DNA of 64,000 nucleotides from contig OZ252149.1 in assembly GCA_965248755.1 (NCBI GenBank), positions 3,904,001 through 3,968,000 on the forward strand. Direction: 5' to 3'. Source of the DNA: Candidatus Latescibacterota bacterium. Lineage in GTDB: Bacteria > Latescibacterota > CBDEFO01. Made by a program: the position numbers and the translations under genes. Below the pieces are notes generated by a model. That model had not been told where the DNA came from. It made no database searches and saw nothing but the letters and a program-made list of their open reading frames with translations. Below, in pieces: positions 49,276-59,650 of the stretch (position 1 is the first letter of the stretch; each line of letters starts with the position of its first letter).

Positions 49276-51276
49276 TTACTCAGTCGCACCAGAGACTTGA
49301 AGCTTAGAAAAAGCTTGATTGAGCTGACCAAGAATCTCCGGTTTCTCCTTGATGGTTTCGATTAGAGCAGAAACACTCTTAAGATAAAAATCATCTCCAA
49401 AGGTAGCAGCCAAATATTGAGCCAGCCCAGCTTCATCCCTCGGGGATTTGAGGGCCGAAGCTACTTTCTCCTGGATCTGCTCGAGAATCCCAGGCTGTTC
49501 AGTAATCTTAGCAGCCAGAGCCTGAACAGTACTATCGTCTAGGGTTTTACCAAAGATGCCCTGGAAGATTCCAGTGAGAGTATCTTTTACACCAGAGGCA
49601 ATATCCCCGATGAGACCAAGGGCATCCGGGTCAACAGTTTTCATGAAACCATCAATTCCGGTTGAAAGAGCTCGGCCATTCATGAACATCGTCATCATTC
49701 TGCTCAGAGTAGTCGGGTCACCGAAGATGTTCATATCAGCCTCGCTAAGAGATAGCCCCATAGCATCGGCAAAAGCTTTTTGAACCTCACCACTGACCTC
49801 GATGTTTTTCAGGCCAAGCTCGAGCTGTACGGAGATTTCCTGGAACTCAGCTTTGGCTGCCAACTGTGGTTTGGTCACATCGTTGACTCGAGACTGTTCA
49901 ACTTCAACCTTCTTTCTTTCAACGTTGACTGGAACCATTTCGGTAGCAGTCTTACCTTCAGCCTCGTCTGTCAGAGCCTCCTTTTCAGCCACAGCTTTTG
50001 TCTTACGAGCCTCGGCTTCTCTTGCAGCGGCTACTCGCTCTGCTTCAGCTTGACGCTCCTTTTCGTACGCATCTTGGTCAATCTCTCGGGCTTTTGCAAT
50101 GTACCCTTTTTCAGCCGTCCGTTTTGCCTCTTCAGTGATGGCAACGGTCTGTACATTCTGAGCTTCTTTCTCGCGTTCAGTCTCAGCCGCTTTCTGCGCA
50201 GCTTCAGCTTCGGCTTTCTCTTTGTTTCTATCGGCCACAGCCTTTTGTTTCTTAATCGCAGCTTCTTGCTGGGCCTGCTCGCGCTGCTCATTAGCCACCT
50301 GGATTTGTTTTGCCTTTTCGACTCCCGAAACCTGGATGGCCTGGTCTCTTTCTACCTCACGAACGCGGGCTTGTTCTTCCTGCTCGGCAGTGAAAGTGTC
50401 CGCTTTCTGCGCAGCTTCAGCTTGGGCTTGTTGGATATCGCTGTCTTGGATAGCCTCGGCAGTGGCACGTCCAAGCTCTTGCGTGTAGACGAACTTATCC
50501 TTCTCAACGTCCTGTTGTTTGACTTCCTTGTCCGCCTTACGCGCGATGGCGTTTGTTTCCACCCGCATCTTCTGGGTGATCTCAGCGATCTTCCTCGTGC
50601 CTTCAGCGTCAAAAACGTTTGAGTCCGCCCGCATCTTATCCGGCGGGGTCTGATCCAACATTGAAACAGTGACCGTCTCCAATGTCAGACCATTATGCTT
50701 GAGGTCTTTTTCCACTATGTGCTGGACCGCGTGAGCAAACTCATCCCGCTTCTCGTTCAGATCATGAAGATCTTTGGTAGCAGCAACGGTTCTGAGTGCT
50801 GAAACCAGTTTGTCAAAAACAAGCTCTTTGACGTTTTCTGGAGTAACCGACCTCTCGCCAAGAGAAGTTGCGGCATTGACCACGTCATCTCTTTCTTTCT
50901 GAACCTTGATGTAGAATTCTGCCTCGATGTCAGCTCGGAGTTTATCTCCAGTAATAAGAGCATGGGGTCCTGTCCTTTCAACATCAAGTCTCATGGTGCT
51001 GAGGGATACTGGAATTAATTCGTGTACAGCAGGAACAACAATAGCACCGCCATCAATAATAACTTTTTGCCCGCCCATTCCTGTTCTCACGAACGCTTCG
51101 TCTGCGGCTGTTCTTTGGTAGAGACGGGTTATAATGCGAATACCCGACACCAGCACCAGCAGCAGAACTCCAAAACCAACAATGAGTATCTGGCTGATCC
51201 CCTGGACATAGTCGCTGAAAACCAGAGGCAGAGTGACAAAGGCCAGGGCAACAACTACCATTAGTGCGCCCATCAT
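49276..51276 (-). CDS. Flotillin/SPFH (YqiK-like) membrane protein
   Basis: AFVRTGMGG.KV..DGGA.V.P..HE, NGLTLETVT...LDQT, Ala/Glu coiled coil. Confidence 0.9.
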   Translation of the reverse strand: MMGALMVVVALAFVTLPLVFSDYVQGISQILIVGFGVLLLVLVSGIRIITRLYQRTAADEAFVRTGMGGQKVIIDGGAIVVPAVHELIPVSLSTMRLDVERTGPHALITGDKLRADIEAEFYIKVQKERDDVVNAATSLGERSVTPENVKELVFDKLVSALRTVAATKDLHDLNEKRDEFAHAVQHIVEKDLKHNGLTLETVTVSMLDQTPPDKMRADSNVFDAEGTRKIAEITQKMRVETNAIARKADKEVKQQDVEKDKFVYTQELGRATAEAIQDSDIQQAQAEAAQKADTFTAEQEEQARVREVERDQAIQVSGVEKAKQIQVANEQREQAQQEAAIKKQKAVADRNKEKAEAEAAQKAAETEREKEAQNVQTVAITEEAKRTAEKGYIAKAREIDQDAYEKERQAEAERVAAAREAEARKTKAVAEKEALTDEAEGKTATEMVPVNVERKKVEVEQSRVNDVTKPQLAAKAEFQEISVQLELGLKNIEVSGEVQKAFADAMGLSLSEADMNIFGDPTTLSRMMTMFMNGRALSTGIDGFMKTVDPDALGLIGDIASGVKDTLTGIFQGIFGKTLDDSTVQALAAKITEQPGILEQIQEKVASALKSPRDEAGLAQYLAATFGDDFYLKSVSALIETIKEKPEILGQLNQAFSKLQVSGATE

Positions 51277-51310
51277 TTTTTCCCCTTTCTTTTCTGGTGA
51301 GTAAATTGAC

Positions 51311-52024
51311 TTACTCCTCGGTAAGTCCTTCAGTTGACGGAAGCTCGCTGTTTACAAAAAAGAAGCGCTCTTCCTGGTTGTGATACATAAGTACCACCTG
51401 GGTTCCCCGGGGAATGTTTTTCTCTTCCGGTTTTACCCGACAGGAAATAGTGTGGAGGAACCCCGAGTCATTGTGAACTTGAGCTTGACCAAAACTGTCA
51501 TCAATATCGGTAACCGCTTCGGCTATCCTGCCAGTTAACTGACTTTCGGCAACACCATACGTCTCGGTGGACGGCATTATTTTTGAAATGCCTGTGGCCA
51601 AAATACGAGTAATAAATACTGAGGCTAGAAGAGCGATAACCAACGATGGCCAGAAAAACAACGTGGCTGGAAGAATCTCGTCTAACATCCTATTGCTTGC
51701 CCAACCACTAAATCCCCAGATGAAACAGAAAGAGATCACAATGATAGAGACAGGAACTCTTCCGATTCCCAGGAAGCTTAGGCCTCTTAAGAAGGTTCCG
51801 GCCTCGCATCCGTGCTCAACACCATGTCCAAAATCATGGCCAGTGTCAGCTACGTCATGTTCGATGCCCACATCATGATCGACGTCATGATCAACATCTG
51901 TTCCATGACCATGGTGGGCCGCTCCTGTTCCAGTAGTCAGTAGCAGGATGTAGAGCAGTGCTGCGACAAAAGGTAGAACAAAAATCAAGTTCCACCAATA
52001 AAGCAGCTCTGTCATAATACTCAC
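51311..52024 (-). CDS. YqiJ/NfeD-like membrane protein with His/Asp-rich loop and OB-fold tail
   Basis: L..LGIG.VP..I motif; HD repeats; G.A...D..G tail; upstream of flotillin. Confidence 0.8.
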   Translation of the reverse strand: MSIMTELLYWWNLIFVLPFVAALLYILLLTTGTGAAHHGHGTDVDHDVDHDVGIEHDVADTGHDFGHGVEHGCEAGTFLRGLSFLGIGRVPVSIIVISFCFIWGFSGWASNRMLDEILPATLFFWPSLVIALLASVFITRILATGISKIMPSTETYGVAESQLTGRIAEAVTDIDDSFGQAQVHNDSGFLHTISCRVKPEEKNIPRGTQVVLMYHNQEERFFFVNSELPSTEGLTEE

Positions 52025-52042
52025 CCCCTTTCCTTCTGCTGA

Positions 52043-52855
52043 CTACTCATTTGAACCCTCTGAATCTTCGTCTTCAGGAGTAGTGGCCTGATGACCAAGT
52101 AACCCCCCCAAAACAGGTCGATCCAGAAATTGGATGGCCTCTTCAGTGGCATCGCTGCTTATAATCTCAAATTCAGCATCGACTTTACCATCCGTCTCAG
52201 CCAATCTCTTTCTCCACTCTTCTCCGATCTGTTGAGCCTTGAAATCTTGTAATTCGGCCGCTATCTCCCCAGCCAGTTCATCTTCTCCTTTCTGAATATT
52301 CTGGGTAGCAGCCTGAACTGATGTCTCCAAAAGAAGCTGGTCTTTGGCCTCTTCGAACTCATCAGCCGCTGTTGACTGTGTTATTTCGAGTGCCCGATGC
52401 TTCTTTTGAAGCTCTAGCACGTGCTCAAGTTGAGCCAGGGCTTTGGCTTCTGAGACTGATCTCCTGGCGGCATTGGCTTCCGTCTTAAAGCTTACCAACG
52501 CCTCTTGGGCTTCTTGATCAGCAGTCTGGGCTTGAGTAGTCATCTGCTGGATAGTTTCCTGCAAAATTACATACCGTGCCTGGGCGGCTTCCGCTTTCTT
52601 GTTGTTGTTGGCAGCCATTGCTCTTATGCCAATCGTTTCTACGGCTTTGGCTTCTGCCACGAGCTTTTTGAGCTCTTGACGTGTTTGGGCCGCCAACTTT
52701 ACCTGAGCCTCAACAACCTCCCATCTCCCTTGCAGGGCTTGAACCCTCTGGGTAGCAAGCTCTTGAATACGAGGTTTGGCTTTTGGCTTCTCTTCTGATT
52801 CTGAATCAGACAGGAAGCCATGTATGCTTCGTATTACATCCCTGAACAGACTCAT
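52043..52855 (-). CDS. PspA/IM30-like coiled-coil protein
   Basis: Amphipathic N-terminus MSLFRDVIRSIHGFL, long helical body; AGGAGG RBS; precedes yqiJ/flotillin-like genes. Confidence 0.6.
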   Translation of the reverse strand: MSLFRDVIRSIHGFLSDSESEEKPKAKPRIQELATQRVQALQGRWEVVEAQVKLAAQTRQELKKLVAEAKAVETIGIRAMAANNNKKAEAAQARYVILQETIQQMTTQAQTADQEAQEALVSFKTEANAARRSVSEAKALAQLEHVLELQKKHRALEITQSTAADEFEEAKDQLLLETSVQAATQNIQKGEDELAGEIAAELQDFKAQQIGEEWRKRLAETDGKVDAEFEIISSDATEEAIQFLDRPVLGGLLGHQATTPEDEDSEGSNE

Positions 52856-52899
52856 CTTTTTCAACCTCCTTTCATTCAACTTCACCGTTTTAGTTAGAA

Positions 52900-52945
52900 A
52901 CCGACATTCCCCATATCACATTCATTAGGGATTATATTGCGACCT
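52900..52945 (-). mobile_element. Isolated inverted copy of the IS1380 right end
   Basis: ccgacattccccatatcacattcattagggattatatt matches the reverse complement of 57547-57584 with one mismatch. Confidence 0.85.
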
Positions 52946-53237
52946 TTTTTTATCCCCTTTATTCCTCGCCCAAGTTCTCCGGCACATCTTCTCGACCCAG
53001 TCCATCAACCAGTTCGGGCTGTTCCCCGGGACCGGCATTTGCCAGAACGATCTTACAGCAGAGACACCAGCCAACCACCGCTGTGATATGGGATAACGAA
53101 AAGTTACGTAACTAAAAGATATCTAAGATCAAGAGGTTTGTAAATGATGAATAAGCACAAGAACATTAAAAATAGAAGCTTAGTTATTCTTAGGAGGAAT
53201 ATTCCTCAGGGTACTTTTCTGATTAAGATTAACAGCC

Positions 53238-54504
53238 TCATACCGCTCCCCTTGACAGAGCGACAAATATTTCGCAAATTGGGGTTTGAGAAGGGAGGTC
53301 AAGGTGTCGAGCCCCGAAGTGAAAGATGGTAAGCGCTGGACGGCGACCCGTAAGGGAGAGATTGTGTTGGCTCTTTTGAGAGGAGCAGATCTATCTGAGG
53401 TGTGTCGTAAGAATGGAATTAGCCAGTCGCAGGCGTATGCTTGGCGTGATAGTTTCTTAGAAGGGGGCCAGGAGAGTCTGAAGTCTCGGCGTGGTCGCAA
53501 GGATCCGAAGGAGCGAGAGGTTAGCCGGTTGGAGCGCAAGGTAGGGCAGTTGACGCTCCAGTTGGAGATACTCGAAGAGGTAGCCCGTCTAAAAAAAACG
53601 AAGCGGTTGCCTTGAGTGGGCGGTTTTTGGGTCGAGGCTATTCCCGCAAGGTGGTAGCTTTGGCTTTGGGTTTGCATCGTTCGACTCTGTATAGGTTTAG
53701 GGATAGAGGTGTCAGTTCTTCTGTTAAAGAGCCTGTGATAGATGAGGAGCTTGCTTTTCGTATTCGAGGGATACTGGACCAAGAAGAGGCATTTGGTCAC
53801 AGGCGGGTTTGGGCGCATCTTCGTTTCAAGGAAGGGGAATGTGTCAACGTTAAGAAGGTTCATAGGATAATGAAGCTTAAGGGGTGGCAGTGTAAGCTGT
53901 GGAATCGTCCCGGGAGAAAGGGGCCACAGGTTGCCCAGAAGCGTTCTGTGGTGGATAGTCCCGACAGTTTGTGGTCGAGTGACTTGACAAAGATTTACTG
54001 TGGAAAAGATGGTTGGTGTCCTCTTATTGCGGTGGTGGACAACGGAAGCCGGGAGGTTCCTGGGTATCGTTTTAGTCGAAAAGGGAGGGCACTGGAGGCC
54101 ACAGATGCCCTGGATCGGGCCGTGATCTCTCGATACACTTCCAAGGAGGCTGTCCCCCAGGGTCTCACTTTGCGCTCTGACAATGGTTCCATCTTTTTGG
54201 CTCGGGCCTATTTGGCCAGTACCGAATATTGGGGAATTCGTCAGGAATACATACCAAGTGGTAAACCCGATTGGAACGGTGTTGTAGAGCGTTTTTTCAG
54301 GACCCTCAAGCAAGAGTGTGTTTGGCTTCACAAGTTTGAATCCTTTGAACAGGCTGAGAAGATCATATCTCAGTGGATCGATAATTACAACAAGAACAGG
54401 CTTCATTCATCCCTGGGATATAAGACCCCAAAAGAGTGGAGAAAACAATTTTATCTACTACCCCAGGTTGCTTAATTGGTGTCGCTTTCCTGGGAAGCAG
54501 TACA
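53238..54504 (+). mobile_element. IS3-family insertion sequence, copy 2 (1267 bp)
   Basis: Same proteins as copy 1; target duplication GCC (53235-53237 / 54505-54507). Confidence 0.93.
53286..54475 (+). CDS. IS3 transposase OrfA/OrfB
   Basis: Translations identical to 42024-43213. Confidence 0.9.
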
Positions 54505-54670
54505 GCCTGAGATAGCCTTAATCCCTTAATCACCTTCCCGACCTTACTATTCCTTTAACCATTAAATAATGCTTGCAGACAAGCTTGTCATACTTTATTA
54601 TAGAGAAGCAGTAACGTCCAAAGTAGTTATAGAGGGGACCACAGGTTAAAGACAGGTTAAAGGAGTAATA

Positions 54671-55977
54671 ATGATGAATAACCAGGAATTAAAATTCCTC
54701 TATCTGAAGGTCTTAAAGGAGGAGTACAAGTCCTTAATTGTGTCTCTTAAACAAGATATCAGTCTCACAGCCGAGCCTATAGCCATTGATCTTGGCCAAA
54801 TAAAAACAGAGCTTGCTAAGGACGATGTTCCTCTCATAGCAGAGCTTCCTATCTTCTTGGCTCCAAGCATACTTAGAGAGGAGAAGGAAGAGGAAAAGTA
54901 TAAGATCATAGGGTCCATATTCAGACTCTCGCAAGATGTTGGAAAATCGGTCTCTTTTTTAAGTCGGCCGGTCCCGAGAAAAGTATTAAGCTATTGGTCT
55001 GTGCTGGGGAAGACTCTATAGGAACAGTTCTAGCTCGTCTCTACGCTAAGGCTAACAGATGGCACACTTCCTTTGACACTTCAGATGAAGTTGAAGTGCA
55101 TGAGGACTATGAGGATATTCTGGATGAAATGGTAAAGTGGCTTGAGCTGGAAAAAAACAGAAACATTCCCGTAGGTTTAGAGAAGGTCGCTTGGGTTTTG
55201 TCAGGGTCGCGTAGGGAAACGATGGTAAATCTGGCGGAAGAACAATACTCCGAGCTAAAGGTTATAAACTTGTATAGAGAGGTGATGAACTATTTGAAAA
55301 GGCAAGGTACTATGCTGACCACGGATTTGCCAGCCACTTTGCTCATTGCAAAGCAAAATGACATAGAGACTAAGGAAGATTTATTCACTAAGTTCATACA
55401 CAAAGTGGACGAATGGGCATATAGAGACCGCGAAAATCTAAAAAAGATGGGATGCGAACCGATTTATCATGAAAAGCACTATCCGGAAAGAGCCGCCGTT
55501 GTGGATTTTGTACGAAACGCTAACATTAGCTTAAGCTATTATCCATGGGGAAAACCCCTCCGATACGGAGATTTCCATCATTTCCGGCCTGTCCAGGTAT
55601 TCATAAGCCCAGATATGCTCTTCGATGAGCCTATAGATTACTTGGAGAAAAGGGCGCAGGAATTGGGCGACGAGATAGGCTGTCTAATTAGAGATGGCCA
55701 CACAGAGCGTATGGATATTGTACGTGGGTACTATGAGGATTTATTTCCCGAACTTCTTAAAAAAAATAGCTGGCTTTTTGATAGCAAGGAATCGCTATTA
55801 TGTCTAAAGAGAAATTGGAAAAGCGAGAAACTCGGACTTGATCAATTATGGGGGGATTTTGATGACATTATGAGAAAGGCAAATGAGTTAATTAGAGAGA
55901 TTGAACGATCTATTGAAGCCGCCAGGAAAGATATTTCACAAGCTTATCCTGTACCAATCCCCCATTCGCCATATTAG
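54671..55977 (+). CDS. Hypothetical protein split in two frames (54671-55021 and 54994-55977)
   Basis: AAGGAG RBS for the first ORF; second frame open from 54904; T-run at 54955-54960. Confidence 0.55.
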
Positions 55978-57585
55978 ACCCGAAAAATGGTTGTCAAAGT
56001 CGCCAGAACATGTTATATTACAATAAATAAGACTCATAAATGGCGGATAAATATTGATCATCCAGAGGGTGAAAGAATGAAAGTAGGTTTTGATGGAGGA
56101 ATAAAGCTTGAATTTCATGGTGCAAAGGTGACATCAAACGGTGGACTTCTTGCGTATCGTGACCTTGATTACGCACTGGGATTATTTGATTCGGTATCAG
56201 CGGTTTTTACCGATAAACGCACAGGCCGTAATATCCAACATGATATATCTACTCTCCTGCGTCAATCGATATACAGCCGTCTTGCAGGATATGAAGATGT
56301 AAATGACGCCGAGCGATTATCCGTTGATCCCGTCATGCGAGCGATTACCGGAAAGAAGGACAAAGGCAGGCAAGCTGCCAGCTCCAACACGATAGGACGT
56401 TTTGAAACTGATATACTGACTCAGCATGACAATCTCAGAAACTTGTCAGATATCAATGGCAAGTGGGTTCAAAAAGCGATGAGTAAAACACAGCATCAAC
56501 GAATCATTCTGGACATGGACAGTTCGGAGAGTCCGGTACATGGCCAGCAGGAAGGATCAGCTTACAACGGTCATTTCGGATGTACCTGTTTTCATCCAGT
56601 GTTCTGCTTCAATCAGTTCGGGGATTGTGAAGGAGTCCTACTTCGCTCTGGTAATGTTCACAGTGCTGATCGTTGGAAGGAAGTTCTGGAACCGATCGTC
56701 AAGAGATACGAGAGCAAGAAGAATAGGAAATACTTTCGAGGCGATGCTGCATTCGCAAAGCCTGAGATTTATGATTATCTGGAGGGAAACGGCTATTTGT
56801 ATGCCATTCGGCTTCCCGCAAATGAGATACTCTATGAAAAGATACGATACCTGCTGACTCGGCCAGTTGGACGACCGCCGAGGAAACCGATTGTATCGTT
56901 ATATGAATTTCAATATAAAGCGGCCAGTTGGGATCAATCGAGGCGAGTGGTCGCCAAGGTTGAATGGCACCAAGGGGAGTTATTCCCAAGAGTGGGATTT
57001 ATCGTGACCAACATGAGCGCCAAGCCAGAAGGCGTGGTACACTTCTACAATGGCCGTGGCAGAGCTGAGCAGTGGATTAAGGAGGGCAAGTATGCTCTGA
57101 ACTGGACCCGACTCTCATGCAAGCGTTTCGTCTCCAATCAGGTGAGGCTCTGGCTGTTTGTTCTGGCTTACAACTTGGGCAACTTCCTGCGACGTTTTGT
57201 TCTTCCGAAGAAAATCAAACACTGGTCACTACGCAGCCTCCTCGTGAAATTTATCAAAATCGGAGCGAAGATTGTCAGACACAGCGGATATATTACGTTT
57301 CAAATGGCTGAGGTTGGGATAGACAAGAGGTTATTTGCCGAAATATTATCCCGGATTGAACGATTGCGATGTTATTCTGTTTAAACTGCCACATTTTTTT
57401 GTGAGTCGATGGAGAGGTGTCTCTAATTGGAGGATTTAAACACAAAGAAAGTGATAATTCAGAGGAAAATACTATTTTAATTGAAAAAAGTACTTGTTGA
57501 AAAATGTAAAAGTGGTAATATTAATTCAGAAACAAGAATGTATCGAAATATAATCCCTCATGAATGTGATATGGGGAATGTCGGG
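55959..57585 (+). mobile_element. IS1380-family insertion sequence (left end uncertain, 55959 or 55979)
   Basis: cccccattcgccatat vs right-end reverse complement ccgacattccccatat (13/16); encloses transposase. Confidence 0.8.
56077..57384 (+). CDS. IS1380 DDE transposase
   Basis: TS.GGLL, LDMDS, RGDAAF, YN.RG.AEQWIKEGK. Confidence 0.93.
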   Translation: MKVGFDGGIKLEFHGAKVTSNGGLLAYRDLDYALGLFDSVSAVFTDKRTGRNIQHDISTLLRQSIYSRLAGYEDVNDAERLSVDPVMRAITGKKDKGRQAASSNTIGRFETDILTQHDNLRNLSDINGKWVQKAMSKTQHQRIILDMDSSESPVHGQQEGSAYNGHFGCTCFHPVFCFNQFGDCEGVLLRSGNVHSADRWKEVLEPIVKRYESKKNRKYFRGDAAFAKPEIYDYLEGNGYLYAIRLPANEILYEKIRYLLTRPVGRPPRKPIVSLYEFQYKAASWDQSRRVVAKVEWHQGELFPRVGFIVTNMSAKPEGVVHFYNGRGRAEQWIKEGKYALNWTRLSCKRFVSNQVRLWLFVLAYNLGNFLRRFVLPKKIKHWSLRSLLVKFIKIGAKIVRHSGYITFQMAEVGIDKRLFAEILSRIERLRCYSV

Positions 57586-57652
57586 TAGAATGTACATGGT
57601 AGGCCGTTACAGAGGCCTAAAATTTTCCTAACCTGGAGGGAGGCAAAAACAA

Positions 57653-59290
57653 ATGGTCCAAGATAACTCTGATATTTCTACCCAGCCCAAAGATGGGAAC
57701 GGAAGTCTCCGACGGATAGTGATTGGCATTATTATGGCTATTGTCATCGGTACTTTAGTGGGTGGTGGGCTGCCCAATCTCGCCGTGAAGTTCGAGATTC
57801 TGGGTGATATGTTTCTGAATTCGCTGATGATGATCGTTGTTCCAATGGTTATGTTCTCGATAATTGTTGGGATCACTGGCTTAGGTGATATTCGCAAGAT
57901 CGGCTCGATTGGAAGGCGTACTGTCATTTATTACATGGTGACAACAGGTATTTCAGTTCTCATTGGCATCATCTTAGTCAACATCATCAAACCGGGCGCA
58001 GGTATCTCTCCCGGTGAGGAGCATGGCGTATTTACCTATACGGTTGGTGGATTGAATAATCGCACGGTCATAGTAACAAACGGAACATGGGAAAAGACAA
58101 ACTATAGCCAGAAGTATCTTCTTGTTTTGATAGACCAAAAAGTGCAGGGGACCGTTGAGTCCTTCTCGGAAAACTCGGTGACGGTGAAACTCTGGGAACC
58201 TCAAGAATCAAGAGATGTATTCTATGTCACTGCCGAGGATGGCACACGTCTCCCATTCCGCCGAGTCGGGGGACGATTAGTTTCTGCCGAGCCAGAACTT
58301 GCGCCTTCGGGAACGGGTGTCAAGATCACCTTACCTATCGCTCAAAAAGTGCGCGGTAAAGAGGAGAAAGACATCGGTCGTACGTTGGAAGAAGTCCTCG
58401 TCGGAGACAAGAAGACAGGAAAAGAGGGGTTAATTCCACGCAATCTCTTCAATGCGATGGTGACTACAGCCATACTGCCGTTGATTTTCTTCTCACTTCT
58501 ATTAGGTGCGACACTTTCGGTCCTGGGCGAACGAGGACGTGTGGCTATTGATTTTATCTCAACACTAAACGATGCCGTGATGCGAATAGTACACTGGATT
58601 ATGATTGTGGCACCTATCGGCATCTTTGGATTGATAGCAGCACGTATTGGGAACGCAGGTGGATTCAGTGGATTTATGCCGGAACTGCTTGCCCTCGGTA
58701 AATATAGTTTCACCGTCGTATTCGGACTGTCGATTCACGCATTCATAGTGTTGCCGCTTATCCTGTTGCTTATCGGACGACAGAATCCCCTGAGATATGC
58801 CAGAGGTGTAGGCGCAGCCCTTTTGAACGCATTTTCTACAGCTTCCAGCTCTGCAACACTGCCACTGACGATGGAAGGAGTCCAGGAGGAGAATGGCATC
58901 TCAAATCGGACAGCCAGTTTTGTCCTGCCGCTCGGTGCCACCATTAACATGGATGGAACTGCCCTTTATGAGGCCGTTGCCGCCATGTTCATTGCACAAG
59001 TCTATGGAATTGAGATGAGTTCTGTGGAACAAGCTGTTATTTTTCTTACAGCAACACTTGCAGCCATCGGTGCAGCCGGGATTCCTGAAGCCGGACTCGT
59101 AACGATGGTGATTGTCTTGAAGGCTGTCGGTCTGCCGATTGAGGGTATCGGATTGATTCTAACAATTGACTGGCTGCTGGATCGCTTCAGGACTACGGTC
59201 AATGTCTGGGGTGATAGTGTCGGAGCAGGCGTTATCGAGACACTTGAAATGAACCCCCGATTTAATCGGGGCTCGGTAGAGGGAAGTTAA
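57653..59290 (+). CDS. Dicarboxylate/amino acid:cation symporter (GltP/GltT-like) with large loop insertion
   Basis: FSTASSSATLP, INMDGT, GAAGIP, DRFRT.VNV.GD. Confidence 0.92.
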   Translation: MVQDNSDISTQPKDGNGSLRRIVIGIIMAIVIGTLVGGGLPNLAVKFEILGDMFLNSLMMIVVPMVMFSIIVGITGLGDIRKIGSIGRRTVIYYMVTTGISVLIGIILVNIIKPGAGISPGEEHGVFTYTVGGLNNRTVIVTNGTWEKTNYSQKYLLVLIDQKVQGTVESFSENSVTVKLWEPQESRDVFYVTAEDGTRLPFRRVGGRLVSAEPELAPSGTGVKITLPIAQKVRGKEEKDIGRTLEEVLVGDKKTGKEGLIPRNLFNAMVTTAILPLIFFSLLLGATLSVLGERGRVAIDFISTLNDAVMRIVHWIMIVAPIGIFGLIAARIGNAGGFSGFMPELLALGKYSFTVVFGLSIHAFIVLPLILLLIGRQNPLRYARGVGAALLNAFSTASSSATLPLTMEGVQEENGISNRTASFVLPLGATINMDGTALYEAVAAMFIAQVYGIEMSSVEQAVIFLTATLAAIGAAGIPEAGLVTMVIVLKAVGLPIEGIGLILTIDWLLDRFRTTVNVWGDSVGAGVIETLEMNPRFNRGSVEGS

Positions 59291-59621
59291 TCTAAGCTAG
59301 TAGAGAGGAGGAACTGCCTCTCCACCAAACCGCTATTGTGAGTAGGTGTGCGCACTGCGGGGAGATCCGATAGGTTCATGAATGATTCTATGAGCGATCC
59401 GGAAACGAGGGAGTTTTTTAAAAGGAATATGATGGAGTATAGAGCGGAGAAGCAGATTGGAAGATAGTTTCATAGTCATGATCGACAACAGTGTCATCTA
59501 TGATTTCCCTCGTAGTTGAATATTAATCTGATGCACGTATAGTCCATTTTTACATGTTTATTTTAGTATTGTTAGAATAGTTGACAAATACTAAATTGTT
59601 GTAAAATATATAAAGTAAGTG

Positions 59622-59650
59622 TTGACAAACATTAAAACATTCCGTATAAT
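59622..59650 (+). promoter_or_regulatory. Consensus sigma70 promoter
   Basis: TTGACA-17 bp-TATAAT, about 270 nt upstream of ATG 59920. Confidence 0.8.

Noticed and set aside
53086..53114. Second TAA-N7-TTA dif-like site
   Set aside because: Weak arm matches and a different core from the 44137 site, so they are not a recombining pair
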